From: an uncultured Planctomycetota bacterium
GTDB lineage: Bacteria; Planctomycetota; Planctomycetia; Gemmatales; Gemmataceae
Direction of reading: 5' to 3'
NCBI GenBank assembly: GCA_963849325.1
Contig: CAWKHF010000002.1
Coordinates: 736,001-800,000 of the forward strand
Length of the DNA: 64,000 nt
Shown here: in pieces, positions 62,746-64,000 of the stretch
Layout of the letters: every line of letters begins with the position of its first letter
Position numbering within the stretch: the first letter of the stretch is position 1
Notes under the pieces: model-generated
What the model was told of the DNA's origin: nothing
Seen by the model: only the letters and a program-made list of their open reading frames with translations
Databases searched by the model: none
Translations under genes and position numbers: made by a program

Positions 62746-64000
62746 TCATTCCCCCGACGGCGGAGCGCCGACCTCGACCGTGAGCGTCTTCTTCTGGCCG
62801 TCGCGTTCGACCTCGATCACCAATTTGTCGCCGGGCTTGTGCGTCTGCAACGCCCGACGCACGGCGCTGACGGACGACGTGTCCACGTCGCCCATCTTGA
62901 CAACTCGGTCGCCGGGCTGCACGCCGGCGCGGTCGGCCGGGCCGCGCCGCACGACCTCCTTGACGATAGTAGTCTGTCCCTCGAAGTGGACGCCGAGAAA
63001 GGGGCTGGCCGCCAGCAATGCATCGAGACGATTGACCTCGTCGGCCGCCCGGACGCCTCTCACCTTTCCGGCGTGCGACCTCGCCAGCAATCGCCACAGT
63101 TCCCGCGCCCGGCGAAGGTCGCCGAAACGCTCCTGCGCCTGCGCCTGCGCCGTCAGCGTGTGCCATTCCTCCGCCGCGTTCTGGTCCGTCAATCGCTTCA
63201 TCCGAACCGGGTCGTCGCGCAGGTCTCGCAGCAGTGCTCGCGCTTGGTCCGCCGCGTCCGTGTCGCTCCAGCGCGTCCGGAGTCCGACGAGCATGGCGGC
63301 CCCGCGATAGACGCGATCCGGCTGAAGCATTTCCTTCCGGGCCGTCTCCAGCAGGCGCTCGGCCTGGACGCGATTGGTCCGCACTTCCTCGACCGACGCG
63401 GCCAAGCCCGGCCTTTCTTTCACGTCGCGCCGGCGCCGCGGCAGGTCTTCCTCTAGCCATGCATACGCCGCCGCCAGCACCGTCTCCGGCGGCAGGTCGT
63501 GCCCCATCTTCGGCACCAACCACAGATGCGAGCGGATGCCCAGCTCGTCCAACAGCGGAGCGCGCAACACCTCGCTCTCGCGCCGGTTGAAGTCCGCTTC
63601 GCCCGTCACCAGGGCCACCGACAACCGCTCCTGAACGCGGTGCCGAAGGTAATCGAGAGGATGCAGCGGGTTGCTGCCGCAAATGGCGAGGACGCCGCCG
63701 AAGTATTCCGGCAGGGCGAAGGCGATGGTACACGCCAGCCGTCCGCCGCCGGAGAAACCGGCCAGGTACGTCCGATCCGGGTCGATGGCATAACGGCGGC
63801 GCACGTCGTCGAACACGTCCAGCACCAGGCGGATGCGCACGCCCGTGGGCGTGTTGTTGCCCGCGCCGTAGGCGGCGCAAAAGAACACGTCCTGGTCCGC
63901 GCACAGCTTTCGCCACGAGCGCCAGCCGAGTGGATCGTCGCCGGGCGAAAGGAAGACGATGAGCGGCCAGGTCCGGCCGGCTTTGTAGTCCGGGGGAACG
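62746..64000 (-). CDS. Alpha/beta-hydrolase + PDZ domain protein (5' end outside window)
   Basis: VPPDY...WPLIVFL, IDPDRTYLAGFSGGG, MGH; PDZ FLGV...GPADRAGVQPGDRV. Confidence 0.8.
   Translation of the reverse strand, partial: VPPDYKAGRTWPLIVFLSPGDDPLGWRSWRKLCADQDVFFCAAYGAGNNTPTGVRIRLVLDVFDDVRRRYAIDPDRTYLAGFSGGGRLACTIAFALPEYFGGVLAICGSNPLHPLDYLRHRVQERLSVALVTGEADFNRRESEVLRAPLLDELGIRSHLWLVPKMGHDLPPETVLAAAYAWLEEDLPRRRRDVKERPGLAASVEEVRTNRVQAERLLETARKEMLQPDRVYRGAAMLVGLRTRWSDTDAADQARALLRDLRDDPVRMKRLTDQNAAEEWHTLTAQAQAQERFGDLRRARELWRLLARSHAGKVRGVRAADEVNRLDALLAASPFLGVHFEGQTTIVKEVVRRGPADRAGVQPGDRVVKMGDVDTSSVSAVRRALQTHKPGDKLVIEVERDGQKKTLTVEVGAPPSGE

Noticed and set aside
1-64000. tRNA, rRNA or riboswitch genes
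   Set aside because: No recognisable cloverleaf, rRNA or riboswitch motif seen by eye; a covariance-model scan was not possible.

Overview
GC-rich Planctomycetota window (Gemmataceae-like gene content: DUF1559, DUF1549/1553, DUF1501, TIGR03000, PVC-type heme protein). About 25 genes, including conserved ones, are broken by 1-2 nt indels, most likely long-read consensus errors, so genes were re-joined across frames by eye. Content: ribB end, CPA2 antiporter, histidine kinase, zinc-finger membrane protein, tandem cytochrome c' genes, two HD-GYP signalling proteins, phhA-hppD-hmgA, planctomycete DUF clusters, an ECF sigma with a very large VIT/vWA/TPR anti-sigma, MFS genes, a Rad52/22-family gene with a palindromic operator, a flgF-G-A-H-I-J-N-K-L cluster, HU, pdxJ, an A2-type cytochrome c oxidase operon with assembly genes, and a Doc toxin-antitoxin pair. 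Top finding: a small exported membrane protein at the end of the oxidase operon (~58479-58806), absent from the ORF track, reads C-P-S-[TGA] with a bacterial SECIS-like hairpin just downstream, making it a candidate CxxU selenoprotein. Other findings: orphan integron-like cassettes with attC-type ends, a TGTAC-N4-GTACA SOS-like box, a stand-alone anti-sigma N-terminal paralogue, and several palindromic repeat families, some supplying stop codons or a signal peptide. All family names come from motif recognition; no searches were run.
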